Source of the DNA: Lama glama
Lineage: Eukaryota
Reading direction: 5' to 3'
DNA length: 64,000 nt
Assembly (NCBI GenBank): GCA_028534125.1
Contig: CM052832.1
Location: forward strand, 15,688,001 to 15,752,000
The notes below the pieces were generated by a model, which saw only the letters and a list, made by a program, of their open reading frames with translations, was not told where the DNA came from and did no database searches. Shown one piece after another: positions 12,901 through 24,780 of this stretch (the first letter of the stretch is position 1; each line of letters opens with the position of its first letter). A program made the translations under genes and the position numbers.

Positions 12901-15094
12901 AACCGACCTCACCCCAGGTCACCGCCACGTTCCCCCGCCTCTTCATTCTTCATGGTTTCCCCTGCCTGACTGCCCTAGATATTGCCTGAGGCCTGCCCCT
13001 TAATAGGTAGTGGTGTGCGGGGGTTTGGGGAATCCGAACCTCACCCTGGGCACCGGCCCCAGGAATCCTCTGTCCTTCCACCTTCCTTTCCCTTTCCTGG
13101 CGCACGTACCTTCTAACCTCACCCCCACCAGGGGGATCCAGATGTTCTCACATTTGACCTGATTAAGCACGATGACAGAAGGACCCACCCAGGTTTTGGG
13201 ACTTGGGACAAGGGAAACGTAGGCAGCTTTAACAGAGCAGGTTCCCAGACAAGTAGTCTCTGGATATCCCATGAAGGAGATTGCCGAGACAGACGACTTC
13301 ATCGAATGTCAACTAATGCTCCGATGGGAGAAGGGCTGTGCAGGCAGGCATCTAGGTTTTCGAAGTTCTGAGCTTCCTTTTTATCCATCCACGAACCCAA
13401 ATATTCACGGTCGACCTACAAGCATGGTTTTTGGCAGGCCTCAGTGAGGGGTATCGCTGGGATATAAGGAGTCTCGTATTCTGAAATCTGGAGGCACTGA
13501 AGTTATATCGAAGCACACAATTTTCAGGGACATTCCAACTGCCCCAGGAAGCCAAAGGAGCCCTCTGACCCAAAAGTCTCAGGATGGCACGAAGAGACAG
13601 AATAGCGTGAAAGGGAGCCGCAATAATTATACTGACCTCCATGGGGCAGCATCGACCAGGGGATGGAGTTCTCTGTCAGCTCAAACCATGACCAGTCTCT
13701 GATGCCTTGTTGGCTCAAGAAGGCAGTGAGGCTTCTCCCATGCCACCTTCACGCTGAAGCAACTGAGTGGCCTTCCCTTTAGTCTAAAAACATTCAGTCC
13801 TGTGGCTTAGATGGGTCCTTGTGATCCCCAGGCTGAAACTCGTAGCTTCTCATCACCTCTCAAACTTCTCCCTCACTGCTTTCCTTTGGTGAGACAGACA
13901 CACTGGCTTTTCAGACCCAGAATCATCAAGGATCGCTCCCTAACACAGGACTGTGTCCATATTCACCTTCCTTTTGCTAATCTAAGACCCGGGTCTGTAT
14001 CTGGTACAAAAGTCTCTATCCTTACCTAGTGTCATATAGAAAGGACTTGGAGGAGTCCTTATGGGTTGTAGTGAGCCCTAACACTGTTAGGGGATCTCTG
14101 TCCTTTAGAAAAATATCATTTCTATTTCTACACCTCTGTACCCTCTGCTTTCCCGGAGTTATTTCTTAATTGGGCTCTCGGGGAAACATTTACTCGATGT
14201 TCAACAGCTTCTGCGTAAAACCGGGGTGCACCTCCCAGCAACAATTTCTGAGTTATTGAATGTGAACATGTATCCTGAGAACAGAAGAAGTAAGGGATTC
14301 CTCTTTTCTTCCCATCCTATCAATATGGAGCCATCCACCTTTCATTTAAGAAGGGTAGCTTTTTTGATTTTAGGAAATCAGGCAGTAGGAGAAGCAGGCA
14401 AATTGGCTGGTTTCCAACACAGATTTAGGGTAAAGATTCAAAGAAAGAAGGAGAAAGCAAGACTAAGACAACTCTGAGCGGAAGAAAAGAAATCAGCTCT
14501 CTCCATCCTGGGAAAAATGGCTACAGCAGTTCATGGTGCATCTGAGTTTATAGAGTGTTTTCAGATACAGTATTTACTAAACCAAGGCATATTTATTGAT
14601 CCCCTTCTCAGTGTTCTGTGATAGGCACTGTGGATTCAGCAGAGAATCAATCAAGGTCCCTGATCTGATACTGCAGATCTTTCATCTCTTTGAATTCACA
14701 CACCTGCCCTCAGAGGAGATGTTCTTCCTGTTTCATATGCTTGAATAAAGTGATGAGCCCAACACTACACAGCTATTCAGTGGTTTGAAACTTCTATGTC
14801 CAAAATTCATCTCTTGTTCCATGACTTCAGGCTTTGAGTCATGGAGCTGAGGAAGCAGCTGTTTGTAGAGAAATAACAAATTCACTCTAAGAAGAGTTAA
14901 TTATTGGAAGGATATTTAAAGAATTGAGGAAAAAGCTGAATAGTCAGGATTTTGAAAGGACAGAACCAGGACAGTTCCAGGATTTAGGGAGAGTCAGAAG
15001 GCTGGGGACAGGCAGGACACGTTCTCACCTGACTTCCTTTCCACTCTGAGACATCACTGGCTCTAATGGGAGGATCTCAAAGGATCTGTGAGTC

Positions 15095-15230
15095 GGGGCA
15101 TTTATAGCTCAGTGGTAGGCTGCATGTTTAGCACGCAGAAGGTCCTGGGTTCAATCCCCAGTACCTCCATTTAAACAAACAAACAAATAAACAAACCTAA
15201 TTACCTCCCCCCAAAAAGAAAAAAAAATTT
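15095..15230 (+). mobile_element. tRNA-derived SINE (Vic-1-like)
   Basis: TAGCTCAGTGG A box, GGTTCAATCCC B box, (AAAC)n/A tail, approximate TSD around GATCTGTGA. Confidence 0.85.
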
Positions 15231-15534
15231 TTGAAAGAGATCTGTGAATGAGGATAGGGAAAAATTATACTTTATTTTCTCCAACTTCAAACTGAAATTT
15301 AGTATTTCTTCCAAGGCAGTAAGAGGCTGCATTTTCTGTAGAGGATTTTAAAATTGTACTAAAATCGACTTTTTATTTTTACCATGCACCAGCAATTCAG
15401 TAACACGCCTCCCCCTCGTACAACCCCCTCCCACTTCGCCTTGCTTGGTGTATCACTGCACACAGGAGTTTAACCATATTCAGTTCACATACACACGTAG
15501 CCTTTTGAGACCCCCCCACCCCTTTTCCACTCAA

Positions 15535-16610
15535 CTCTCACTTTCTTTTGAGGTCTCCTCAACCTGATAGCCTGTAATCCCATCAATGACTTGATGGCTC
15601 CCAAACCACCTTCCATGGATGATTTGAATCTAACAATCAGCTTCCTCTGCATTCCTCAAGGACATAGAGTCCACACCAGCTTTGTGCCTATCAAAGAAAA
15701 AGAGCTTCCTACTTTGTCTGAACTTGGAACGTTCTACTCAAGGGTCTTTGATTTCATTCAGCACCAATGGGTCATCCACTAATAAGATAAAATATATTTT
15801 TGATGTGACGACTCACTCATGGTACCTTCCCTGTGGCCCATCTCTCCTTTCAGGTGTCCAGTCCAATTGTTTACTTTGCAGAAACAGCTTCTTCTCATAG
15901 ACTTTGTACTTATTATTCTTTTTTGAGGCATCGTATTCCTCATTTAGCTGAAACTTTGCCACTTTGACCTCTAATTTCTAGCTTCTAATTTCATCTTCAT
16001 CAAAAAGTTTTAATGCAAGATCTGAAGATCCCTCTTCAAATAACAGCAAAGCCCATCTCCTTTAAGATTTCTTTATGTTTGTAAAACTTGACCTTAAATT
16101 CTTCTGAGGATCTCCCATAATAACGCAGACTTTTTTTTTAATAACGCAGACTTTTGATGTGAGCTGTATAAATTCATCCACTGTAATGTCTGAAGGCAAA
16201 CCGGACATATAATACCTTTGTATTTCTATCTTTGTCAACATGAAACTATCTTGTTTCTTCCTTTTATCTCCTCTCTCTTTGGGATCAGTGGGTTTGGTGT
16301 TTGTCTTTGCAGAATTTTCTCTGCATCCCTAGTATTGACGTCTTGTACTTTTTCCATAAAGCTAGACACGCTATCATTAGAAAAGCCATAATTGGCTTGA
16401 TAGCATAGCAATGAAACCTTCTGTGGTCTTGGGGAATCAAGCCTTCTCATCCAGATTCCATGCGTAGGCAGTGTCCCCAGGCTGCTGCCCAAAAGAGTCC
16501 ATTTTTCTACCGGGATCTTCTCTATTCTTGGAGTCTCAATACATTCCTGCATTTGCAACTGCTCATCAAACTTCTCATTCCCATCCCAGGGGTTGCTACT
16601 CGGGTTTCCT
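15535..16610 (-). pseudogene. Processed pseudogene of HTATSF1 (Tat-SF1)
   Basis: Intronless minus-strand remnants WDGNEKFDEQLQMQE, YQANYGFSND and GRWFG...YQVEETSKESE match the HTATSF1 N-terminus and RRM/UHM region. The start codon position reads CCG (16601-16603), and there are many frameshifts and stops. Confidence 0.9.
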
Positions 16611-16694
16611 ATAGGGCAGGGTCCAGGTGAGCGAAGAGGCTGCTCTGCCGGGCTTGGGAGCCACCACCGAGTGTATCTGAGGCCACTGCCCAGA

Positions 16695-16830
16695 CATTGT
16701 TCTAAACATGAACGCACTAAGTCATTGAGTCGTCACAGCAACTCTGTGGGGTAGGTACTATTGTTATGTCCATTTTACAGAAGAGGAAATGGGGGCCTGG
16801 AGACCTGACCGAAGGTTGTGCTTGACAAGG
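16695..16830 (-). mobile_element. MIR SINE fragment
   Basis: MIR core CAACTCTGTGGGGTAGGTACTATTGTTATGTCCATTTTACAGAAGAGGAAA. Confidence 0.75.
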
Positions 16831-18184
16831 TCTGCTCTTGAGGCCACATCCTTAACCATCACTTTCCATGGCTTCCCAGAGACTAACTGGATGAAATCCC
16901 GCCTGCATCCCAGCCCTGTTTTTATCATTTAGGAGTGAAAATGTAAACTCCCTGGCCCGCCTGCTCTTCCGCGCCGCGCACTGTCTTCTCGGCGGCATTC
17001 TCGGTGCTTTCTGCCTCTGACCCCGCCCTCCACTGGCCCCTCCCCAACCTCCCCGCCTGCCTCTGATAAGCTTCAAATCTCCTCCTTCCCTTAACTTCTC
17101 CTTGGCGTGCTCCCTCCACGTCCTGACTTTAACCGAAATCTAATCCTCCCTTGAGTGTACTACCCCCTCTGCAGGCTTCTGAAATGAGAGCTGTTTATTT
17201 TCTTATAGGTGAGGGTGCTTTCCTTGCTCCACATTGCTGTCTGCAGACTCCTCCTCCTCCACCCCCAGTTTCTAGTTTAAAATAACCTTCTGCCTCGGAG
17301 GCTCAGCCATTGGGCTAAATTGCTGTCTTCCTTCCTCTTTGCTACTGTCTGCCACCTCCCAGGCCTCTCCACCTCACGCAGGGGGATGCTGGCGCTCGGC
17401 GGACTGTTTGTCTCTTCCTATGTCACTGTCCGAGTAGAGGACTCATTACCCACCTGGCTTCTCAACATCTTAGTGGCTTCATCCCCTGGACCTTCTCCAC
17501 TCCAACTTGGAATAGTTCTCCAAGTCACATTCTCACTGTCACACCCTGGACCTCATCATCTGAAGCAGCTCCTCTGCCAGAATCACATATTCAAGCAGCC
17601 TGCCTCAGCCCCCATCTCCTAACCTCTGCCCATCACTCTCTACTCCTCTCACAATCATTTTTCAGTCTCCTGGGACCTCCAGATCAATGATGCCTCCCTC
17701 CGATCCATCAGCCTCTCTTTACCCACTTCAGCTGCGTAGATCCTCATTTCAACAACTCTCTTGACAATATCCCAAATTCCCTTGTGCCTCTATATTTTCA
17801 TCCTTGGTACCTCTCAGGCTAAAATAAACCTCAACCCTAGGTTTGGTGGATGATCTGTTGCTTCAGGATCTTACTTTGAGAGCTAAAACGTGTTGGGAGA
17901 AGCCGCCAGCTGGGAAATGGTCACCCCTTCTCATTCATGGTCCCTAAGGACCCAGCATTGCTTAGTGACCCAGCCACATCACGCTGGTCATTGGTTACTT
18001 TAAACTCACTGATCCTGGAACCCATGAGCTTCCTCTTTGCCTCTCACCTTACTCTCAGTTGATGATCTCACTCTTATGTCACAGAGAAAACTGAAGCCAT
18101 TAGAGGTGAACTCCCTCAACCACCTGTAACCAAATCCACACAGCACCTGTAACCATCTGTCCTTGTTCCTATTAGAACAGAGAG

Positions 18185-18322
18185 ATGGTTCTCCAACTTT
18201 GTGCATGTTAAAACGTGTTTCCTTTTCAGCAGGGTGGGTGGGGGCCAGAATTTTTATTTGTAAATTATTTCCAGGTGATGCTTGATGCTCTGGCTGGGGA
18301 TCCCACTTTGAGAACCAGCGGA
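18185..18322. mobile_element. MER5A-like hAT DNA transposon relic
   Basis: Ends GATGGTTCTCCAACTT... and ...CCAGGTGATGCTTGATGC...CCCACTTTGAGAACCA. Confidence 0.65.
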
Positions 18323-18496
18323 GTAGAGACATGGCCCTCTTCCTGCCCAAAGCCAGTCTCTCTACCCATGACTACATCCCATCTCCTCGATTACCCCCTT
18401 TCCCCTCCTGAATTTTCAGCCTCTCTCTCTAAGTTAAACAAAACAAACCAAACCCCTCCTCCACTTCACTTCCCCTCTGACTGCTCCCTGTACCTT

Positions 18497-18813
18497 TTTT
18501 TCTAATTGAAGTATAGTCAGTTTACATTGTTGTATCAATTGCTGATGTACAGCATGTTTCAGTCATACATATACATACATGTATTCCTTTTCATATTCTT
18601 TTTCATTATAGGTTACTACAAGATATTGAATATAGTTCCATGTACAATATAATATAAACTTGTTGTTTGTCTATTTTATATATAATAGGATCTGCTAATC
18701 TCAAACTCCCAATTTATCCCTTCCCACCGCTTTTTTCTTCTGGTAACCATCAGTTTGTTCTCTATGTCTGTGAGTCTGTTTCTGTTTTGTAAATAAGTTC
18801 ACTTATGTCATTT
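18497..18813 (-). mobile_element. 5'-truncated artiodactyl-type LINE-1 3' end
   Basis: Poly-T then AATTGAAGTATAGTCAGTTTACA...GGTTACTACAAGATATTGAATATAGTTCC. Imperfect TSD CTCCCTGTACCTT (18484) / CTCCTTGTATCTT (18814). Confidence 0.8.
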
Positions 18814-20351
18814 CTCCTTGTATCTTTCAATGGCCTCATCCAGCCTCACTCTCACACACAGCACATGTACCTTGATTGGATCCTGATTTGAAAAGACACA
18901 TTAAAGACATTTTGGGGTTAATTGGGGGAAATTTGAGTATATTCTGCATATCAGATAGTATTAGGGACTGACTGTTATTTCCTTAGCTGGAATCATCTTT
19001 ATTTTGAGGTGACGTGTGCTGAAGTGTTAAAGTGTGAAGCATCGTGACTTCCTAAATTTTCACATGGTTCAAGAAAGATATATAAACATGTAAAGATTGT
19101 ATGTATGTATAAATGATAATGATTGTTAAGTCAAGTAGTGGATGGACAAGAGATAACTGTACTATAGTTTCAACTTGTCTGTATGTTTGAAACTTTTCAT
19201 AAAGTTTCATTGGAGGAAAGTTCTCTCTCTAATCCCTCACTCCCACTCACTGCTCAGCCCCTCCAGGTTGGTGCCTGCCTCTCCCATGCCATGCAACTCC
19301 TTTTGCTATGACCCTCCTGTCATTAAATCCACTTTTTAGCTTTTCCCCTGCTAGGTCAACACTGTTGACCAATTCTGTTCTGAAACGCTGTCTTTCTTTG
19401 GCTTCCAAGACTGAGCACTCTCCTGGTTTTCCTCCTCCCCCTTTGGCTGCTCCTTGCTTCTTTGTTGGCTCATCCTGCTGGGTCATGAGTCCTGGACTCT
19501 CCTCTTCTCATGCTACACTTCCCCTCCAGAAAATTCATCCCACCTGCCCCATGGCTTTGTTGCTATCAGCTGATCACTTCCCTCTGATCTCCAGAGTTGT
19601 GTATCTGACTGCCTACCTGGATGTCTCAAAGATACCACAAGCTTAGCATATTGAAAAGTGAACATGTGAAAGTGTATATGAATAGGATCACAAATAGTGC
19701 CATCCTTAGATCTGGACCACAGGAGCCTGCCCTGGTCCGTAGACATTGGGGGACCTCACCTATCATATACAATATTTATTAAACAACACCTGGGCACCTC
19801 TGTCACTTGGGATCTGGCCCTAAGCTCTGGCACAGCACAACCTGAAACCCTGACATCTGCTCTCATAATTAACACCCTTCAGGCCCCAGGGAAATGCTTC
19901 TGCAATCTCTTGCCTGGTATCCTGGAAACAAAAAATGACTACAATCAAATCCTTTGAAAGTTTGAGGTTGTGCCTCTGTCAGATTCTGAGACACACACTA
20001 TTTTGGAACGTAGGGAGAATTTAAGTATTTGAAATACTTAGGTAAGAGAAAATACAACTTAACTAATTTGTCAAATACCTTTCAAATAGCACGATAAATT
20101 ATCATTTCCCAGCAGTGTTGAGTGTCTGCTTTTCTCACTTCTTGTGATCTAGGAGTGTGCTGTGCTGCATTCACAAGAGCTGCAAGTGATAGTTGAGGGA
20201 CATTTTGCAAAACCAAATGATTCTTATTACTGTTAAATTTTATGCATGTAGATCTAGACATAACTTTCGTGAAGCATGATATTGATCACATCGGTAAGTG
20301 GGTGAACACTGAATACTAGGTTATGACGAGTTGATTTCTATAAAACTATTT

Positions 20352-20471
20352 TCTGAGGGGGAGGTAATTAGGTTTCTTCATTGATTTCCACTTGAAGGAG
20401 GTATGGGGATTAAACCCGGGACCTTTTGGGTGCTGAGCAGACACTCTACCATTTGAGCTATACCCTTTGCC
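20352..20471 (-). mobile_element. tRNA-derived SINE (Vic-1-like) with a perfect 14-bp TSD
   Basis: CTATAAAACTATTT at 20338-20351 and at 20472-20485 flanks the SINE body. Confidence 0.9.
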
Positions 20472-21129
20472 CTATAAAACTATTTAATAAAGATTTTTAA
20501 CTAAGTAAAAAAAAGCTTTATTTAAATTAGTTTTATTTAAAAATTAATAATTTGTATAGCTAATTTTGAATATTTGAGGAGAAAATAACTGATAAATATA
20601 TAACTGATTAAGTTTTTTACATTTACATATTTTGGCAAAAATACATTTAAATTTTGTAAACTTAGGCTACAATTATACTTTATTTTAAAATCCTAGATCA
20701 CTGAAAATGAGTACACATTGAATCACAACAGAAATAGAAACTATATATATGGAAACAAAAAATATCTGAAAATAAAAAAGAAATAGAATATATTCAAGGG
20801 AGCAATCTACTTAAATTTTTTAAAACTGGGAAAAGACTATGGAGGCTAGATATAGAAAAAGAAATGGTGGCCACATACACCTTCATTGTTTTGACCGGTA
20901 ACCGAATCAGTAAACAATGTGAAATCGCATGGATTTTATCTGACCTGTTCAAGTTGTAGATTTGATACAATAATTTCCTGCCTCGTTTCCAGCAAATCTA
21001 CAACCTGAACAGGCAGATTAAATCCCTGCAACTTCATATTCTTGATTTGTACTCTTGCTCTGGGCCCCTCAAACATCAGGGTTCTCCCTTCCCCTTGGGA
21101 AGGGTCCCCCACCACCAACCCAGCCACCA

Positions 21130-21400
21130 GGAGCAGCCAACAGCCTCAGGTAAGGTATCAACCAACTGCTAGCATCAGCTGCCAGACATGCGAGTGAACA
21201 AGCCTTCAGATGATTTCAACTCCCAGTCCCTGAATCACTTCCAACTCAGTCCCCTTACACCATGGAGCAGAGACAGTGATCCTGGCAGCATCCTCCCCAA
21301 ATTCCTAATCCCCAGAATCCATGGAATTTAATACGTGGCTATTGCTGTTGTAAGTCACTAAGGTTTGGGTGGTTTGTTATACAGCGATGGAAAACTAATC
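21130..21400 (+). mobile_element. MLT1-type MaLR LTR fragment
   Basis: 3' end TGTTGTAAGTCACTAAGGTTTGGGTGGTTTGTTATACAGCGATGGAAAACTAAT is typical of MLT1. Confidence 0.7.
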
Positions 21401-22246
21401 CACCTCCTCAATTCACTGCTGTCAGCTCTGCCCCTCCCACCCTCCGACTGAAGGTAACCAAAACGGGATCTTTCTGCCAAATAGAATGGACATTTTCCAT
21501 CTTCATTTTGTTTCTCTTCTCTGGAGCATTTGACCCTGTTGCCTACCCTTTTTCCTCTGTTCTTTTCAAAGTTCTTGTCTCTGTTGATTTTTCTCTTTCT
21601 CTCTCTCTCCCCTTCTCATTTCTCCTCCCATCTCTCTGATCTTTCTCAGGCTCTTTCCATGACTTGGCCAAACTTCCTTTTCTCCTCATCTGCACACTTT
21701 ACTTGGGCACTGTCATACCCATGGCTTCAACTACCATCACTGTGTGGGTGACTCATCAATGTAGATTTCTAGCCCAGACTTCTCTCTTGATCTCCACAAC
21801 TGTCTCTTGAATCTCTCCATCTGAATCTCCCCAGTTGCTTACAAATTAATGTTTCAATTTAAACTTATTAAGCAAGCACTGAATTCCCAATCATTGAATT
21901 CATTTTCTTCTCCCAAATCTGTTCCATTGTCCCTGGTTTCAATTAGTGGAATCACCAATCACCCAATTGCCCAAGCCAGAAACCTGGAAGGCCCCCAGGT
22001 CACACTCTTGCTCTTTGCACTCTGCCCCCCACCCTGAGTTCTAATAACCTGAGTCCTAGCGATTTTACTTTCCAGCTCATTTCTGAATCCCTCCAACCCT
22101 GCTGCTTCTGCCTGTCTTCCTACCTCTGGCCTTTTCTGCAGCCCTGGCACCATATGCCCACTAGCTTCACAGAGCTGAATCACAAGCACTCCCTGGAGTT
22201 TTCAGTTTTCAGCCATCGCTGAGGACCCCTGTTCCTTTTTAAAAAG

Positions 22247-22376
22247 TTTTTTAGGGTGGGTAGTTAGGTTTGTTTGTTTGCTTGTTTGTTTATTTTTAGA
22301 GGAGGTACTGGGGATTGAACCCAGGATCTCCTGCATGCTAAATTTGCGTGCTACCGCTTGAGCTATACCCTCCCCC
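22247..22376 (-). mobile_element. tRNA-derived SINE (Vic-1-like)
   Basis: GAGGAGGTACTGGGGATTGAACCCAGG...GAGCTATACCCTCCCC. Confidence 0.85.
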
Positions 22377-23660
22377 AACAAGTGGTATGTTTTTAAAACT
22401 AAACCTTCTATTTGTCTATTGCTGTGGTACAGGCATATTGATGTTTAAATATTCATTTTGCCCTCATAAAGGGGTGTATTAGTTCTAATTGTAGGTTCTC
22501 ATAGTTGTTTTGTAAATAATGATGGCTTTATTTCTTCTTTTTCTTATTGTGATACTTCAGACCTCACAGCACAAGTTGAACAGAAACAGTAAAAACTACT
22601 ATCCTTGGATTTAACATTGGAAGTTATTTTCAATTCATAGTTAGATAGGTTTGTTTTTAAAATCAGAAATTAGTGTTAAACGTTATTCAGTGCATTCTCT
22701 ATACCTACTGGAACAATCATATTTTTTCTTTTTAATATTGCAAATATCATTGTGGTAAATATCATTAATAAAATTTAAAATTTAATTTTATTTTAGATTT
22801 ATTTTAAAAATCTAAGGATGGAATTAGACCATCCTAGCGTTCCTGGAATAAACCCTGCTTTGTCACACATAAACACATGCATATATACACACACTTGCAC
22901 AAACTCCACTGGATTCATTTTGCTAATATTTCATTTAGAGTTTTTAGTCTTATTGGTGCGATTGGTCCTCTTTTTCCATTGCCTTGGACAGTTTCTATAA
23001 ATAAACAGTTCCTTAAGTGTATATTATAACAGAATAATACGCCTATAAAACCATTTGTGTACAGCATGTGTGTGTGTGTGTGAGCACACGTGTGCACATT
23101 TAAAATTTCTCTTTCAATTTATCAGAATTTATAGATCTGTCAGGTTTTCTATTTTTTCTTGAGTCAGCTTCGGCTGCCTTTCGTCTAATTTCCTCGCCTC
23201 TTCAGGACCAAGATCTCATCTGTCCCTGGATGGCTGATAAAACAGCCCTTAGTTAAAAGAACCCATCCCTTCCAGCCCCCTCCTAGTAACCACAGCCACA
23301 GTCAGCTTACCCTCTGGCTTTCAGTTCCCTCTCTGTTTCTAGCACCGGGGATTTCACTTTCCTTTTGAGAACTGAGTCATATGTTTACTCCCCCCCCATA
23401 TTTTATCCAGTGTTTTAGGTGCTTTTAGATTTTCTAATTCCTCTATCTTGCTTAATTCTAAAGTTGTCCTCATTTTTATAGATAAGAAAGCTGGGGTTCA
23501 GAGTGTTTTAACAGCCTGCTGAAGGTCACACTGATAATACTTTTCCCAGTTACTGAACATAGATATTCTGGTTCTGAATCCTGCACTGTTGCCACATGAT
23601 TCTTTGCTGCTTACCAAAGTCAACGAGGCAAAACCAGGAAGGGGCATTAAAAAGTCAAAA

Positions 23661-23805
23661 AGGGGAGGGTAGAGCTCAGTGGTAGAGTGTGGGCTTAGCG
23701 CACTGGAGGTTTTAGGGTCAAACTCAGTACTTCCATTTAAAAGATAAATAAATAAAGCTAGTTACTCCCCTCCATAAAAACCAAACCAAAAAGAAAAAGA
23801 AAGAA
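23661..23805 (+). mobile_element. tRNA-derived SINE (Vic-1-like), diverged
   Basis: GGGGAGGGTAGAGCTCAGTGGTAGAG head, A-rich tail, approximate TSD AAAGTCAAA. Confidence 0.8.
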
Positions 23806-23984
23806 AGTCAAAGGAGAAGGTGGAGGAGGCCGGAATGAAGGCACAACTGTGGAGGTGGACAATGCCAGGAAATATGGTGGGAGGAATGGTGTAGGAAATG
23901 ATACATGGCACTCCTGGGCTGCGGCTGCTGGAGGGACAATCATGGCCTCAATTCATCCTAAAATCCTAAAATAAGTACCCTCTT

Positions 23985-24780
23985 GTCCCAGATCCTGGCG
24001 CATATGCATCAATTCAACCAATATGTAAATGCAATATTTACAGTGTTCAGGCCCAGGTCCAAAGCAAGAGTTTGCATCTGCTGTCATGGCCTCTGCCATC
24101 AGGGAGCTTACATTCTATGGGGAGCCAGACATCAAATAATCCCCAATGGACGTAGACCTGCGACCCTACCAAGTGCCTCCAAGGAAAAGGGCACCTTGGT
24201 GTGGGCGCTCAGAAGAGGGGAATTTGACGCGAAAGGAAGGTCTGGGTACCTTCCCTCAGGATGTGGTAAAGATCTGAAGAACAAAGACGAGCTAACTTAA
24301 AAGAAAAATGGAAGAAGGAGCCATTCAGGAGGAGGGCCCAGCCTACACAAAGGCTCTCTGCAGTGCGGGAAGCAGCGGTGGCAGAAGTGGAGCACTGGGA
24401 AAGTGATGAGGGGGAGAGAGAGGTGGGGGGTGAGGCTGGAGAGGCCAGTGGGGCCACATCTTACAGGGCCTTAGAAACCAGGTTAAGGACCTGGGTCTCT
24501 AACCTAAGGTCAGTGGGAAACCACTGAATGTGTTTCAGCAGGGTAACTGAAACAATCAGGTTTACATTTCAAAAGGATTCTCTGACTCAGGTGTGCTGCT
24601 TGAGTTAGAGAAGTCCTTTCCCAACCTTGGCAGCTACCGCAGTGATTCAAAGAGCTGGATTGTCCAGGTGGGGGCTGGACCAGTGAGGTGGAGGGATGGA
24701 GAAGACTGGACAGACCTGGGAGATATTATAGTGGATACACTTGATAGGACTTGACACTAGATTCAATTATGAGGTACTCA
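23985..24780 (-). mobile_element. LINE-2 3' fragment; boundaries approximate
   Basis: L2-like CAATTCAACCAATATG...GGAGCTTACATTCTATGGGGAG...GGGAAACCACTGAATGTGTTTCAGCAGGG. Confidence 0.65.

Noticed and set aside
15095..15170. tRNA-like A and B boxes here and in the other full-length copies
   Set aside because: They are SINE heads with A-rich tails and TSDs; there is no complete cloverleaf, so they are not tRNA genes.
16235..16717. 160-aa ORF with HTATSF1 similarity as a functional gene
   Set aside because: The similarity switches frames, the true start codon is lost and the downstream domains are disrupted.
19700..20900. AT-rich block that may be a hAT-family transposon relic
   Set aside because: I could not identify termini or a family with enough confidence to annotate it.
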